Shown here: positions 20,455 to 30,461 of the stretch, in pieces
Layout: each line of letters begins with the position of its first letter
How positions within the stretch are numbered: position 1 is the first letter of the stretch
Assembly: GCA_963704385.1 (NCBI GenBank)
Contig: OY969904.1
Span: 4,908,825-4,972,824 of the forward strand
Direction of reading: 5' to 3'
Length of the DNA stretch: 64,000 nucleotides
Origin: an uncultured Solirubrobacterales bacterium
GTDB taxonomy: Bacteria > Actinomycetota > Thermoleophilia > Solirubrobacterales > Solirubrobacteraceae
Translations under genes and position numbers: made by a program
The notes under the pieces: generated by a model
The model's input: the letters and a program-made list of their open reading frames with translations, nothing else
Databases searched by the model: none
What the model was told of the DNA's origin: nothing

Positions 20455-22017
20455 CTAGGTGCCGGCCGCACGCCAAAGCGGGCGGGCGAGACCGGCTTCG
20501 GAGATCTCGAGGCTGCGCGCGTAGAGCTCGAGCCAGCGGTCGTACAGTTCGCGGTAGGCCGCACTTGCGCTGGGATCCGGCTGGCAGGAGCGCTCGAAGC
20601 GCACGAGTCGTTCGGCCGCCTCACCCGCGTCGCGATATAGCCCAGCGCCAACGCCCGCGTAGATCGCCGCGCCGAGCGCGGTGGATTCCTTCACCTCCGG
20701 GATCCGGATCGGGATGGCGAGCGCGTCCGCGACGATCTGCGGCCATAGTGCGCCCTTTGCCGCACCGCCGATGAGTACCGCTTCGTCGACGTCTATCCCG
20801 GCCACCTCCTGCACTATCTCCAGATGGCCGCGTGTGACATACGCTGCGCTCTCTTCGATCGCCCGGAAGCACTCGACCCGACCGGCGCTTGAGGGATTGC
20901 CAACGTCGAAGCCGAGGAAGCCCGGCGAGGCGTGCACCCAGCGGCTCGCCCGCATGACGTTCGAGAAGATTCCGAAGACGCCGTTTGAGCCCGGCGCGAC
21001 GTCGCGCGCCTTGCGCTCCATGATCGCGTACACATCCTCGCCGGTCGACAGCGCCTCGAGCGCCTCAAGCTCACAGAACGCGTCACGGAACCAGCGCATA
21101 ACGATCCCGCAGTAGAACCCGATTCCCTCCATCATCCACCGCTCAGGGACCGTGTGACAGAGCGTTCGCAAACGTGCTTCGGGGTCGATCAGCGGCTCGT
21201 CAAGAACGACGGTGGCCTGCCAAAAGCTGCCGCCGACGATCGTCACCCGACCGGGCTGCGTAACGCCGATGCCGAGCAGGCCAAGCTGCGTGTCCGCGCC
21301 GCCCGTCACCACGGGCGTCCCCTCGCTGAGCCCTGTCGCGGCCGCAGCCTCGGCGGTGACCGTGCCGACGACGGTGCCGGCCTCGACGATCGGGGGAAAC
21401 ACCGACCGCCCGAGGCCACACAGCTCGAGCACACGGTCTGACCAGTCGCGAGCCGCCAGGTCGAACAGACCCGAGCTCGAACCGAGCGACGGATCAGTGA
21501 CGAAGGCGCCAGAGAGCTTGGCCAGGATCCAGTCGCCGAGCATCCCGACGTGTGCAACGGCAGCAAAGATCTCCGGTTGATGGCGGGCGATCCACAGAAA
21601 TCGCGCCGGCGCCGTGATCGCCACCCAGTCTCCAGCCAGGTCGTAAATCTCCTGCGCGGCGCCCGATCGGACGAGTTCATCGGCCTCCTCGCTCGCGCGC
21701 GAGTCGGCGTTCGGGCACGCCCATATCTCGCGTCCGCTCGCGTCGTAGAGGACCATTCCTTCGCGCATGCTGGTCGCGCTCACCGCCTTGACTGCATCGC
21801 TGGGTCGCCCAGATTCCTCGAGCGCATCACGAACGCATTCGCAAATCAGGCGCCAGTTCGTGTCGGTGTCGAACACCTGCGAGCCCGGGATTCCCGGATG
21901 CGGAGGATGGGTGTACTCGCGCTGGCAGATTGCGAGCTGCGCGCCGTCGGGAGTGAATATGACGGCTCGACAGCTTCCCGTGCCGGCGTCAATCGCGAGT
22001 AGCAACTCGTCGGTCAT
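20455..22017 (-). CDS. lsrK: LsrK-like autoinducer-2 (DPD) kinase, FGGY family
   Basis: [48 protein letters not shown], terminal LWRAAG match LsrK features. Confidence 0.88.
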   Translation of the reverse strand: MTDELLLAIDAGTGSCRAVIFTPDGAQLAICQREYTHPPHPGIPGSQVFDTDTNWRLICECVRDALEESGRPSDAVKAVSATSMREGMVLYDASGREIWACPNADSRASEEADELVRSGAAQEIYDLAGDWVAITAPARFLWIARHQPEIFAAVAHVGMLGDWILAKLSGAFVTDPSLGSSSGLFDLAARDWSDRVLELCGLGRSVFPPIVEAGTVVGTVTAEAAAATGLSEGTPVVTGGADTQLGLLGIGVTQPGRVTIVGGSFWQATVVLDEPLIDPEARLRTLCHTVPERWMMEGIGFYCGIVMRWFRDAFCELEALEALSTGEDVYAIMERKARDVAPGSNGVFGIFSNVMRASRWVHASPGFLGFDVGNPSSAGRVECFRAIEESAAYVTRGHLEIVQEVAGIDVDEAVLIGGAAKGALWPQIVADALAIPIRIPEVKESTALGAAIYAGVGAGLYRDAGEAAERLVRFERSCQPDPSASAAYRELYDRWLELYARSLEISEAGLARPLWRAAGT

Positions 22018-23054
22018 GCGGCAGCCTGAGCCCGATCGAAGACGTTGACCAAGGGCTCGCCCGCTGCGAAGCGCTCGATTTCGGCCGCGATCATTTCAGC
22101 TCCCTGACGGAGGGTCTCGTGGGTTGCGCCGCCCACATGCGGGGTTAAGACGACGTTTTCGTGGCGCAGCAGGCGATGCCGTCCTTGTTCCGTTGTCGGC
22201 CGCAAGACATCGAGGGCCGCTCCGGCGAGACGGCCCGACGTCAGCGCGGCATCCAGCCCATCCTCGTCCACCAGCGTCTCGCGCGCCGTGTTGATGAGAC
22301 ACGCGCCTTGCTTCATCGCCGACAGCGCGGCGGCGTCGATGAGGTTCTCGTTTTGGGGCGTGGCGCGGGCGTGCAGCGAGACAAAGTCGCTGGAAGCGAG
22401 CAGCTCATCGAGCGTCCGCACTTCGCTCACGCCGTCGGTGTCGCCGACGGCAACAAAGGGATCGTAAGCGAGCACGGTCATCCCGAACGAAACGGCACGC
22501 TGCGCGACGCGCCGACCAATCTGTCCGTACCCGATGATTCCGAGCACGTGGCGGCGGAGATCGCTTCCGAGGAATCTCGCGCCCTCCCAAGTGTCCTCCA
22601 CCCGATTACCTTCCTGAAGGAAGCGCTGCGCTTTCGGGAGGCGGCGGGCGAGCATGACGAGAAACGCGAGCGTCAGGTCCGCGACCGCCTCGGCATTCTT
22701 GCCCGGAGTGTTGACCAACGGGAGGCCGCGGATGCTCACCGCGTCGACGTCCACGTTTACCGGCCCGCCACGCGCACAGCAGACCAGCCGGAGTTTCGGT
22801 GAGGCATCGAGCACCTGATCGGTTACCGGAGCGCCCTGCACGACGAGGACGTCAACGCCTGCCATCCACTCGACGAGCTCAGACGGAGAGCCCTGATACT
22901 CCCGCAGCTTCCGTTCGGATGGGGTGGCTGGAGTGAACGGACGAGCCGAATCGACTTGGACGATTTCGACGTCGTGCGCGCGTTCGAGGTCGGCGAATGC
23001 CTCTGCGAAGTATCGCGGAGGCATATAGGTATCGCCGACGGCGAGAATCCTCAA
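22014..23054 (-). CDS. D-2-hydroxyacid dehydrogenase family NAD(P) oxidoreductase
   Basis: RGGPVNVD, TPGKNAEAVAD, GYGQIG, LINTARETLVDE, TPHVGGAT. Confidence 0.9.
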   Translation of the reverse strand: MRILAVGDTYMPPRYFAEAFADLERAHDVEIVQVDSARPFTPATPSERKLREYQGSPSELVEWMAGVDVLVVQGAPVTDQVLDASPKLRLVCCARGGPVNVDVDAVSIRGLPLVNTPGKNAEAVADLTLAFLVMLARRLPKAQRFLQEGNRVEDTWEGARFLGSDLRRHVLGIIGYGQIGRRVAQRAVSFGMTVLAYDPFVAVGDTDGVSEVRTLDELLASSDFVSLHARATPQNENLIDAAALSAMKQGACLINTARETLVDEDGLDAALTSGRLAGAALDVLRPTTEQGRHRLLRHENVVLTPHVGGATHETLRQGAEMIAAEIERFAAGEPLVNVFDRAQAAA

Positions 23055-23072
23055 CGGGACACTCTCGTTCGG

Positions 23073-23576
23073 CTAGGGGTAGACGCGGATCGGGGTGAGA
23101 TCAACGGCATGCCCCGTGCCCGATTCGAAGATGACCTTGAGCAGCGGCTCCGTGTCCAGGTAGTAGAAGTGGATGGTCTCGCCGATGCGGCCCTCCATCA
23201 GGATCCCGGCGCCCATGTCTTCGAATCTCCGCCTCGTCGCCTCGGACTCGGCGGGGGTCGGCCTCATGACCGCGATGTGGTGCAGCCCCTCGCCGTGCGA
23301 ATCCAACCACTCCTTGTAGATGCTCGGCCCATCCTCCGGCTGCAGCAGCTCGACAACGATCTCGCCAACGTGCGTCTCGGCTCCGATCATCGTGAAATCA
23401 GCCGGCCGTCCATGCAGGTACGTGTCGTGGAGGGCTGGAGGCTTGTGCTCATATACATTCCAGGGCCCCCATCCGAGAGCTCGGTGGTAACGCTCGAGAG
23501 CTTGGTCGATGTCTTTCACGACGATCGCGATCTGGCTGATCGGGAGCGGTTCCGGCGGTGGCGCGACCGCGCTCAT
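23073..23576 (-). CDS. VOC family protein
   Basis: QIAIVVKD, ELLQP..GPSIYKEWL..HGEGLHHIAV. Confidence 0.85.
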   Translation of the reverse strand: MSAVAPPPEPLPISQIAIVVKDIDQALERYHRALGWGPWNVYEHKPPALHDTYLHGRPADFTMIGAETHVGEIVVELLQPEDGPSIYKEWLDSHGEGLHHIAVMRPTPAESEATRRRFEDMGAGILMEGRIGETIHFYYLDTEPLLKVIFESGTGHAVDLTPIRVYP

Positions 23577-23703
23577 ACTCTGTGTGTCCCCACCCGGTAT
23601 CTGCACTTCTCACCTCCTGTTTGTGCGAGTGAACCCACGTTCACAAGTGTCGTCTGGGTAGTCACCTTGTCTCGTCTGGTTGCTGGGGAGAAACGCTCGG
23701 CGG

Positions 23704-24498
23704 TTACGCCCCGATATTGGTTGGGGGCGGTAGCCCGACCGACAGTGCTCCGTCGACGACAAGCAATTCGCCCGTGAGATAGGACGCGTCTTCTGAGCAC
23801 ATCCAGAGGATCGCGCGCGCAATCTCGGCAGGCTCGGCGAAACGGCCTAATGGAATCCGTTCGAGGAATACCTTCGACTGCACCGGGTCATTGATCACGA
23901 ACGCCGCGAGACGGGTGTTGATGATCCCGGGCGCGATTGCGTTCACGCGGATGCCGTGCTGCGCAAGATCGAGCGCAGCGGTTTGCATGACCGCCACCTG
24001 GGCCGACTTCGAAGTGTTGTAGGCGAGCCCGCCGCCCTCCGGTTGAAAGGCATTTGTCGACGCGGTGATCGCGATCGCGCCCCGCGTTCCCTGCCGCACC
24101 ATGGCGCGGGCGGCCTCCTGAGCGAGGTACAACGTGCCGTTGAGGTTGACCTCCATGATGCGCTGCCATTGCTCATCGGGAAATTCCAAGAAGGGCACGA
24201 ACTCAGCGATCCCGGCGACCTGGACGGCAACGTCGAGATGGCCGAAGCGCTCGACCGCAAGTTCGATGGCTCGGACGACGTCCTCACGACGGCTGACATC
24301 TCCGACGACAGCTTCGACGCGTCCGCTGGTTCGTCGGATACTCTCCAGTGCGCTGTTCAGGGCGTCTGGCTCTATGTCGAGGAGCACCACCCCCGCGCCC
24401 TCGCCGACGAACCCCTCCGCAACGGCCCGGCCCAATCCCTGGGCTGCCCCTGTGACAACCACGCCCTTTTCCGCAAATCGGGCTAACGACATCGTCAT
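23704..24498 (-). CDS. SDR oxidoreductase
   Basis: TGAAQGLG, YNTSKSA, NAIAPG; ATGA overlap with upstream gene. Confidence 0.92.
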   Translation of the reverse strand: MTMSLARFAEKGVVVTGAAQGLGRAVAEGFVGEGAGVVLLDIEPDALNSALESIRRTSGRVEAVVGDVSRREDVVRAIELAVERFGHLDVAVQVAGIAEFVPFLEFPDEQWQRIMEVNLNGTLYLAQEAARAMVRQGTRGAIAITASTNAFQPEGGGLAYNTSKSAQVAVMQTAALDLAQHGIRVNAIAPGIINTRLAAFVINDPVQSKVFLERIPLGRFAEPAEIARAILWMCSEDASYLTGELLVVDGALSVGLPPPTNIGA

Positions 24499-25655
24499 TG
24501 CAAAAGCCCGATATGGCCAGGGCCTCGAGGAATCACGGGCCATATGTCAACGACGCGGTCACCCTCGACGACGTGATAAGCGTCGTACCAGTTAACAGTA
24601 CCGGGTGTGTACCCGGGCACGAGCTCGACGACGTCGCCGACCTCGAGCGTGACATCGCCAGTAGCTACGAAGACTCCGTGCTCCTCATCCGAGCGGAGCA
24701 CCGGCAAATCGTGACCACAGATAGTTGCCAGGGCGGGAGCGCCCATCGACTTGTTACCCGCGTCGACGACAACGCGGTCGGAACGCCGGCTGATAACGGT
24801 GGAGAGAACGGTGAGCGCCTGCTCGAAGTCAGAAATCATCGCGCCGTGGAAGTTGTCCATGACAACATATGACCCCGCCTGGATTTCGGTAACTCCGGGG
24901 AATGCCGCCGTCCAGTCCCACGTCGCAGTCCCGCCCGCTGACACGATGTCGCAGGGAAAGCCCGCTGCGCGGATCGACTCACCCACGCCCACGAGGAACC
25001 GCATTGCCGCCTGCTGGCGCTCATGACGCAGGTCGCGGTCCGGCGTGAGTGAGCAATGGCCTTCGTACCCAGTGACGCCAGTCAACCGGAGACCATCCAA
25101 GTGCGCGAGCCGATCGGCCAGCGTAATCGCCTCCTCGACGGAATCAACACCAGCTCGATCCATTCCAGTGTCGACCTCAATCAGCACCTCGAGCGTGCTG
25201 CCGGCGGCTCGCGCCTCCGCCGCGATCGCCGCGCCGTTTCGAGCGTCGTCCACGGCGACCATCACGTCGGCCTGGCGTGCGAGTGCCGCCAGCGCCGCAA
25301 GCTTGTAGCGGCCCGAGACCGTGTTCACGACCAATACACCGTCTAGGCCCGCCTGGACCATCACCATCGCCTCCCAGACGGTGGCCGTCGATACACCGAT
25401 CGCCCCCGCCTCGACCTGCATCCGAGCCAGCTCCGGGCTCTTGTGGACCTTGACGTGCGGCCGCAATTCGGCGCCACCCAGCGCCTTCAGTGTCTCAGCC
25501 ATCTTGGCTATGTTCCGGCGCACGACTGCGAGGTCTAGTACCAGGGCGGGAGTCACGAGGTCATGTCGCCGGCTCCCGATCTCCCAGCCGTACGCGCGGA
25601 GGACGCGATCGCGGACTTCCTGCAGGACAGGCTCGACCCCTAACACGCCAGCCAT
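24495..25655 (-). CDS. Fold-type III PLP enzyme (DSD1 / D-threonine aldolase family), copy 2
   Basis: TPALVLD, LRPHVKVHKS, DTGMDRAGV, GYEGH, EIQAGSY, DEEH. Confidence 0.9.
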   Translation of the reverse strand: MAGVLGVEPVLQEVRDRVLRAYGWEIGSRRHDLVTPALVLDLAVVRRNIAKMAETLKALGGAELRPHVKVHKSPELARMQVEAGAIGVSTATVWEAMVMVQAGLDGVLVVNTVSGRYKLAALAALARQADVMVAVDDARNGAAIAAEARAAGSTLEVLIEVDTGMDRAGVDSVEEAITLADRLAHLDGLRLTGVTGYEGHCSLTPDRDLRHERQQAAMRFLVGVGESIRAAGFPCDIVSAGGTATWDWTAAFPGVTEIQAGSYVVMDNFHGAMISDFEQALTVLSTVISRRSDRVVVDAGNKSMGAPALATICGHDLPVLRSDEEHGVFVATGDVTLEVGDVVELVPGYTPGTVNWYDAYHVVEGDRVVDIWPVIPRGPGHIGLLQ

Positions 25656-25943
25656 CGCTGCGAACCCCTAGATGGCCGAGCGGAGACGCCCACGCCTGCG
25701 ATGTCTCGTCGGACGAGCGACTTGCTTCCCTTGTCTGGCCACACAGTCTCGGGCGCCTGCCGTGCCTCAGCCCGGGACGAATGGCTCGCTCCGAGCGGGA
25801 ACCGTGGGCGCATACGTGGCGGGAAGAACGATTCCGGCCACCGGCAACCATTCACCGACAGTCGCTGGCCGTTGGTGCCTTTCATGCGGTCGTGCCTGTG
25901 TTCGCTGGAGAATCTGTAAGCGCTGCGCGAGTATACATCGTCC

Positions 25944-25953
25944 TGTACGGACA
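25944..25953. promoter_or_regulatory. Operator TGTACGGACA (site 1 of 4)
   Basis: Near-palindromic 10-mer repeated at 26033, 29622, 29687; minus-strand -10-like TATACT at 25930-25935. Confidence 0.65.
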
Positions 25954-25991
25954 GCCTGCTTAGCTCGTTAGCTGCGATGGCGGCTGTAGGC

Positions 25992-26042
25992 TTGACAGGA
26001 GGCGCGCGGCTGTGCATGATCTCTCGTCATCCTGTCCGGACT
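25992..26042 (+). promoter_or_regulatory. Sigma70-type promoter TTGACA-N17-CATGAT plus operator site 2 (26033-26042)
   Basis: Direct reading; upstream of the GntR gene. Confidence 0.7.
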
Positions 26043-26063
26043 AATTTCTAGTCGGTAGGACCC

Positions 26064-26879
26064 ATGCTTCCGAAGCCCGCGAAGCTGCCGCCGACACAAA
26101 TCGACCGTCAGTCGCCTGTTCCCTACTACTTTCAGCTTTCGGAGCTGCTTGAGCAGGAGATCATGTCCGGCCGGTGGGAGCCCGGAACTCGACTTTCTTC
26201 CGAACCGGAGATCTCGAGACAACTGGGCCTGTCGCGGACGACGATCCGCCAGGCTCTGGGCCGACTGGAACAGAGAGGTCTGGTCCAGCGACGGAAGGGA
26301 CAAGGCACGTTCGTGGCGGAGTCGGAGCCCAGGTCTTGGCTCCTGCAGTCATCGGGCGGGTTCTTCGAGGAGGAGTTTGGTCGGATGGGACGGCTCGTCA
26401 CCTCGGTTGTTCTGCGCTCCACCGCCCGGGGACCGCTGCCACCGTGGGCGACGTCAGCGCTCGGACTTGCTGGGCCCCGGGGCGGGACGCTCGAGCGAGT
26501 CCGCGCGGTCGATGGCTTGGTCGCGATGTACGTCATAAACCACCTCTCGCCCGGACTCGCCGAGTTGGTACTTCCGCTGGCCGATCCGAATGAGTCGCTC
26601 TATCAGCGATTGAAGGACCGCGCAGACACCGAGACGGCCGGCGGTCGCCGCATGCTGGAGGCCGTTCGTGCTGAGGAGCGACTCGCGAGGCTTTTAGAGC
26701 TCCCAGTCGGCGCGCCATTGGTCTTCGTCGAGTCGGTGAGTTGGGACCGCAATCTGCGGCCCTTTGACTGCTATCAGGCGTGGCTACGCAGCGACCGAAT
26801 GCGGATCGATGTCTCAGTCTCTTCGTCACCGTTCACGCCTCAGTTCTCGACCCCTGAAATCGCTGGTGGTGTCACATGA
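26064..26879 (+). CDS. GntR/HutC family regulator (UTRA domain)
   Basis: PVPYYFQL, LSRTTIRQAL, RRKGQGTFV, C-terminal UTRA (PFDCYQAWLRSDR). Confidence 0.92.
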   Translation: MLPKPAKLPPTQIDRQSPVPYYFQLSELLEQEIMSGRWEPGTRLSSEPEISRQLGLSRTTIRQALGRLEQRGLVQRRKGQGTFVAESEPRSWLLQSSGGFFEEEFGRMGRLVTSVVLRSTARGPLPPWATSALGLAGPRGGTLERVRAVDGLVAMYVINHLSPGLAELVLPLADPNESLYQRLKDRADTETAGGRRMLEAVRAEERLARLLELPVGAPLVFVESVSWDRNLRPFDCYQAWLRSDRMRIDVSVSSSPFTPQFSTPEIAGGVT

Positions 26880-26925
26880 GATCTGCCAGCGGCGATCCCC
26901 TAGTGCGATCCGCATAGGAGGAGTA

Positions 26926-28437
26926 ATGGAGCACATCGACACAGCTTCGGCGGTCCCACCCTCGAGCGACAAGGCAGCGACCGACGAGGTGCTCGTCGCC
27001 AAGACAAGGCTCGCCGGCGGCGCCCTGCGCCTTCCGGAAGCGTTGATGCAGAGCATCACCGAAACCGCTCCAGCGTTCACCTTGTTCTTCTTTATACAGG
27101 GGACGGTGCTACTCGCGGTTGGCGCCACGCCTTTCGTGTTCCTGGTCGGCATTGTGATCATGGTGTTGCTCGCGATCACGCTAGCCCAGATTGCGAGATA
27201 TCTTTCGTCCGCCGGCGGCTTCTTTACATGGGTAAGCCGAGGGCTTCATCCTCGAGTCGGCTGGTTCATCGCGTGGCTGTATGCCTTGTATACCCCGCTT
27301 CTGCCCGGTCTCGTTCTTGGACTTGTCGGCTACATATCGGACCAGTTCTTCAAGGCCCAGTACGGTTTTTCGGTTCCGTGGGCGTGGTGGGTCCTTGGCG
27401 GCGTAACCCTTTGCGCGCTTATCTCCTATCGCGGTATCAAGCTCAGCGGGCGCCTTCTGCTAATTACTGGGTCGGTTGAGATAGTGATCATGATGACTCT
27501 CGCGGTCTGGGGACTGGCGAGCCCAGGGAAGGGGGGGTTCAATCTCTCAGGGTTCAATCCAAGCACCGCCCCGACTTCGCACGGACTCTATCTCGCCGTG
27601 ATTTTCGCGATCGTTGCGTACACGGGATGGGAGTCGGTTGCCTCACTGGGCGAGGAGACCGAAAACCCCAACCGCAACATCGGAATAGCTATGTGGGCCT
27701 CGGTCCTGCTTCTGGGGATAATGTTTTCGTTCTTTGCCTGGGGAGTGCTTGTCGGATGGGGAACATCGCAAGCGGCCGCGTTTGGGTCTGCTACGAACAA
27801 TCCGCTGTTGACTGTGGCACACCGCTACTGGCACGGTGCTGACATAATTCTGCTCGTCGCGTTGTGGAATTCCGGCTTTGCCGGATCGCTCGCTCTCTTC
27901 AATCAGAGCACCCGTATGTGGTTTGGGATGGCTGACGCGGGGGCGCTGCCCAAGCAGCTGAAGTATGTCCACCCGAAGTACAAGACCCCGGTTGGCACCA
28001 TCGTGGCCGAGGTAGTCGTTGCCTTTGTCGCTGCTTTTGTGTTCTATCAGGTACTCTACGACCCGCTGACGGGTTTCGGCTTCTATGCGTTCGCGCTGGG
28101 CTTTGCGATTGTGCTGATCTACAGCGCGGCGGCTATTGCCACGGGAGCGTATTTCTGGCGCGAGCGACGGTCGCAGTTCAACCCGGTCGTGCACCTCGTA
28201 TTCCCGGTAGTGGTGACGGTTGCGTTAGTTTGGAGTGAATACAAAGCGGTGGTTCCACTTCCTCCGGCCCCTACTCGCTATGCGCTGTGGTTCTTTGTCG
28301 GTTGGGCCGTGATCGGATTCGTAATCCTGTTGGCGATGCGCCTCGCTGGGAAGGAAGATTGGCTTATCCATGCCGGCGAAGGCGCTGTACTCCGACCCGA
28401 GTCTCCGGAGGAGCTCGCGCACAGACCGGAGTTTTAA
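26926..28437 (+). CDS. APC family amino acid/polyamine permease
   Basis: About 12 TM segments, SAGGFFTW, YTGWESVASLGEETENP; AGGAGG SD. Confidence 0.9.
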   Translation: MEHIDTASAVPPSSDKAATDEVLVAKTRLAGGALRLPEALMQSITETAPAFTLFFFIQGTVLLAVGATPFVFLVGIVIMVLLAITLAQIARYLSSAGGFFTWVSRGLHPRVGWFIAWLYALYTPLLPGLVLGLVGYISDQFFKAQYGFSVPWAWWVLGGVTLCALISYRGIKLSGRLLLITGSVEIVIMMTLAVWGLASPGKGGFNLSGFNPSTAPTSHGLYLAVIFAIVAYTGWESVASLGEETENPNRNIGIAMWASVLLLGIMFSFFAWGVLVGWGTSQAAAFGSATNNPLLTVAHRYWHGADIILLVALWNSGFAGSLALFNQSTRMWFGMADAGALPKQLKYVHPKYKTPVGTIVAEVVVAFVAAFVFYQVLYDPLTGFGFYAFALGFAIVLIYSAAAIATGAYFWRERRSQFNPVVHLVFPVVVTVALVWSEYKAVVPLPPAPTRYALWFFVGWAVIGFVILLAMRLAGKEDWLIHAGEGAVLRPESPEELAHRPEF

Positions 28438-28737
28438 TGGACGAGCGCGGTGACGCCCGCGTGGCGGTAGAGATCTGAACGACCGGTCGCCAGTGCGCTC
28501 ATTGTCGCTGCGGTGGTAGGGCTATACATGATCCCTGCGCGATGTTTCGCTATCGGCCATAAGGTCTATCGCCCGGCCGGACCTTGCTGAAAGCGGGCGG
28601 GTCGTAACTAAATAAAGAGACGGCCAACAGATGATGCCGAAGACGACCGCACGACGCGAATCTCACGATGGTGTGTTCCGGGGCGGGCGACGGACCCCTC
28701 GAGACCGAGGTGGGCCGGCCAGGGGACGGCTGGGGAA

Positions 28738-29580
28738 ATGAAGCTAGGGATCAATTTGTACCTCTGGACGGATCGCATGCACGAGCAGCTGCTGCCGGTG
28801 CTCGAGTCACTGAAGCAGATCGGTTATGACGGCGTTGAAGTGCCGATATTCGACCTTGACACCGCGGAGTGGGCCCGCTGGGCCCGTCGTCTCGATGACC
28901 TTGGGCTTGAACGCACCGCTAACACGGTAATCGCGCCCGAGCATAATCCGGTGAGCCCAGACCGAGCAGTCCAAGAAGCTGCGTACCGGCACATGCAGGC
29001 CGTCGTCGACTGCTGCGCCGCGGTGGGATCATCCGTCTTGTGCGGCCCGCACCAGGTCGCGCTCGGCGTCTTCACAGGAGCTGGTCCAACCGAAAGCGAG
29101 TGGAGACGCAGCGTCGACCACCTGCACCGAGTAGCTCAGTACGCCCAGCAGGCGGGGGTTATCCTTGCAGAGGAAGTCGTCAACCGGTTCGAGCTCTATC
29201 ACCTGAATACGCTGGATCAGGCGATTCGGTTTGTAGATGAGGTCGGCCATCCGTGCTGTCGCATCCATCTCGATACGTTCCACGCCCACATCGAGGAGAA
29301 GGACCCGGGGGATGCGATCCGGCGCGCCGGGAACCGGATCGCGCACGTCCATATCTCCGAGAACGACCGCGGTGTACCCGGAACCGGATCCGTCGCTTGG
29401 GACGCGACCTTCGACGCCTTGCGCGAGATCGGCTACGACGGCTGGCTCACTGTCGAAGCATTCGGCCACTTCCTGCCCGACCTCGCCGCCGCCACCCGGA
29501 TTTGGCGGAAGCTGTTCGAAAGCGAAGATCAGCTGGCTCGGGAGGCCCTTTCTTTCCTGCGGGCGCGGCTGGGGCCCTGA
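28738..29580 (+). CDS. Sugar phosphate isomerase/epimerase (D-psicose/tagatose 3-epimerase-like)
   Basis: GYDGVEVP, EVVNRFE, LDTFHAHIEE, HVHISENDRG, VEAF. Confidence 0.9.
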   Translation: MKLGINLYLWTDRMHEQLLPVLESLKQIGYDGVEVPIFDLDTAEWARWARRLDDLGLERTANTVIAPEHNPVSPDRAVQEAAYRHMQAVVDCCAAVGSSVLCGPHQVALGVFTGAGPTESEWRRSVDHLHRVAQYAQQAGVILAEEVVNRFELYHLNTLDQAIRFVDEVGHPCCRIHLDTFHAHIEEKDPGDAIRRAGNRIAHVHISENDRGVPGTGSVAWDATFDALREIGYDGWLTVEAFGHFLPDLAAATRIWRKLFESEDQLAREALSFLRARLGP

Positions 29581-29621
29581 CCGGCTCTTAATGCGCCTGG
29601 AGCACGATCTGCCACGAGCTA

Positions 29622-29711
29622 TGTACGGACAAGATGTCAAGGTAAGGTCGCCCGGCCCGCAATGGAGAGGGGTGGCCGCGGGTTGCTGTCCGGACAAGAG
29701 TACGTTAAGCT
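29622..29711 (+). promoter_or_regulatory. Operator sites 3 and 4 (29622-29631, 29687-29696); site 4 overlaps promoter TTGCTG-N17-TAAGCT
   Basis: TGTACGGACA and TGTCCGGACA; -35 at 29683-29688, -10 at 29706-29711. Confidence 0.65.
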
Positions 29712-29753
29712 GCAATCGGCGTATCTTCAACGACCCTAGGAGGCTGCCGCAAT

Positions 29754-30461
29754 ATGTCCGCGAACCGCATCGGTAAGCCAGACGACGTTCCTTCCGTTAG
29801 GTCTTACAGCACGCGCTTCCCACTGGATGAAAATCCGATCGCGGAGGGGGGCATCTGGCTCAACGGCCGGGACGATGGGATCGACTGGGCCAACATCCTC
29901 ACCGAAGATGGGCTAGCCCATGGAGAGTCGATTCCCATGGTTGTCGCGGAGCAGCGGGTGGAACAGGGTGACGAAATTGACGTCCCGGTGGGTGACTACA
30001 ACGACCCTACCGCGATCCTGAAGGGTCCGTGGGGCAGGAACCAACACGCCAAAGCCATCGTTCGCAGCCGCAATCAAACCAGCGATCGCTATCACGAAGT
30101 CGAATTGCGTCTGCGCAGCACGCTCCTTCCCAACCGCATTCCCGGATATGAAGTCTTCTTCCGATGCCTGAAAACCGACGACGGCTATGCAGAAATCGTG
30201 CGGTGGGAAGGCCCGCTGGGAGGCTGGACGTCTCTATGTAGGAAGAACGGCGCAGAGTTTGGTGTCCAGGACGGAGACGTGATCGAGGCGACCATTATGG
30301 GCAACGAAATCAAGGGATACATCAATGGGGTGGAGGTCACATCCGCCAAAGATGATACTTACCCCTCCGGCAATCCTGGCATCGGATTCAATTACGGGGC
30401 CGAGGAGACGGCTGGGGACCACGGCTTCACATACTACGAGGTGGAGACGTGGGATGACTGA
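29754..30461 (+). CDS. Hypothetical beta-rich protein (lectin/LamG-like by inference)
   Basis: 235-aa ORF with normal composition; C-terminal IKGYINGVEV..DDTYPSGNPGIGF; no signal peptide. Confidence 0.7.
   Translation: MSANRIGKPDDVPSVRSYSTRFPLDENPIAEGGIWLNGRDDGIDWANILTEDGLAHGESIPMVVAEQRVEQGDEIDVPVGDYNDPTAILKGPWGRNQHAKAIVRSRNQTSDRYHEVELRLRSTLLPNRIPGYEVFFRCLKTDDGYAEIVRWEGPLGGWTSLCRKNGAEFGVQDGDVIEATIMGNEIKGYINGVEVTSAKDDTYPSGNPGIGFNYGAEETAGDHGFTYYEVETWDD

Noticed and set aside
25656-25925. Riboswitch in the long leader of the lsrKF operon
   Set aside because: No recognised conserved aptamer motif; an Rfam scan would be needed.
29612-29640. Antisense promoter from minus-strand TTGACA at 29635-29640
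   Set aside because: No acceptable -10 at 16-18 bp spacing.
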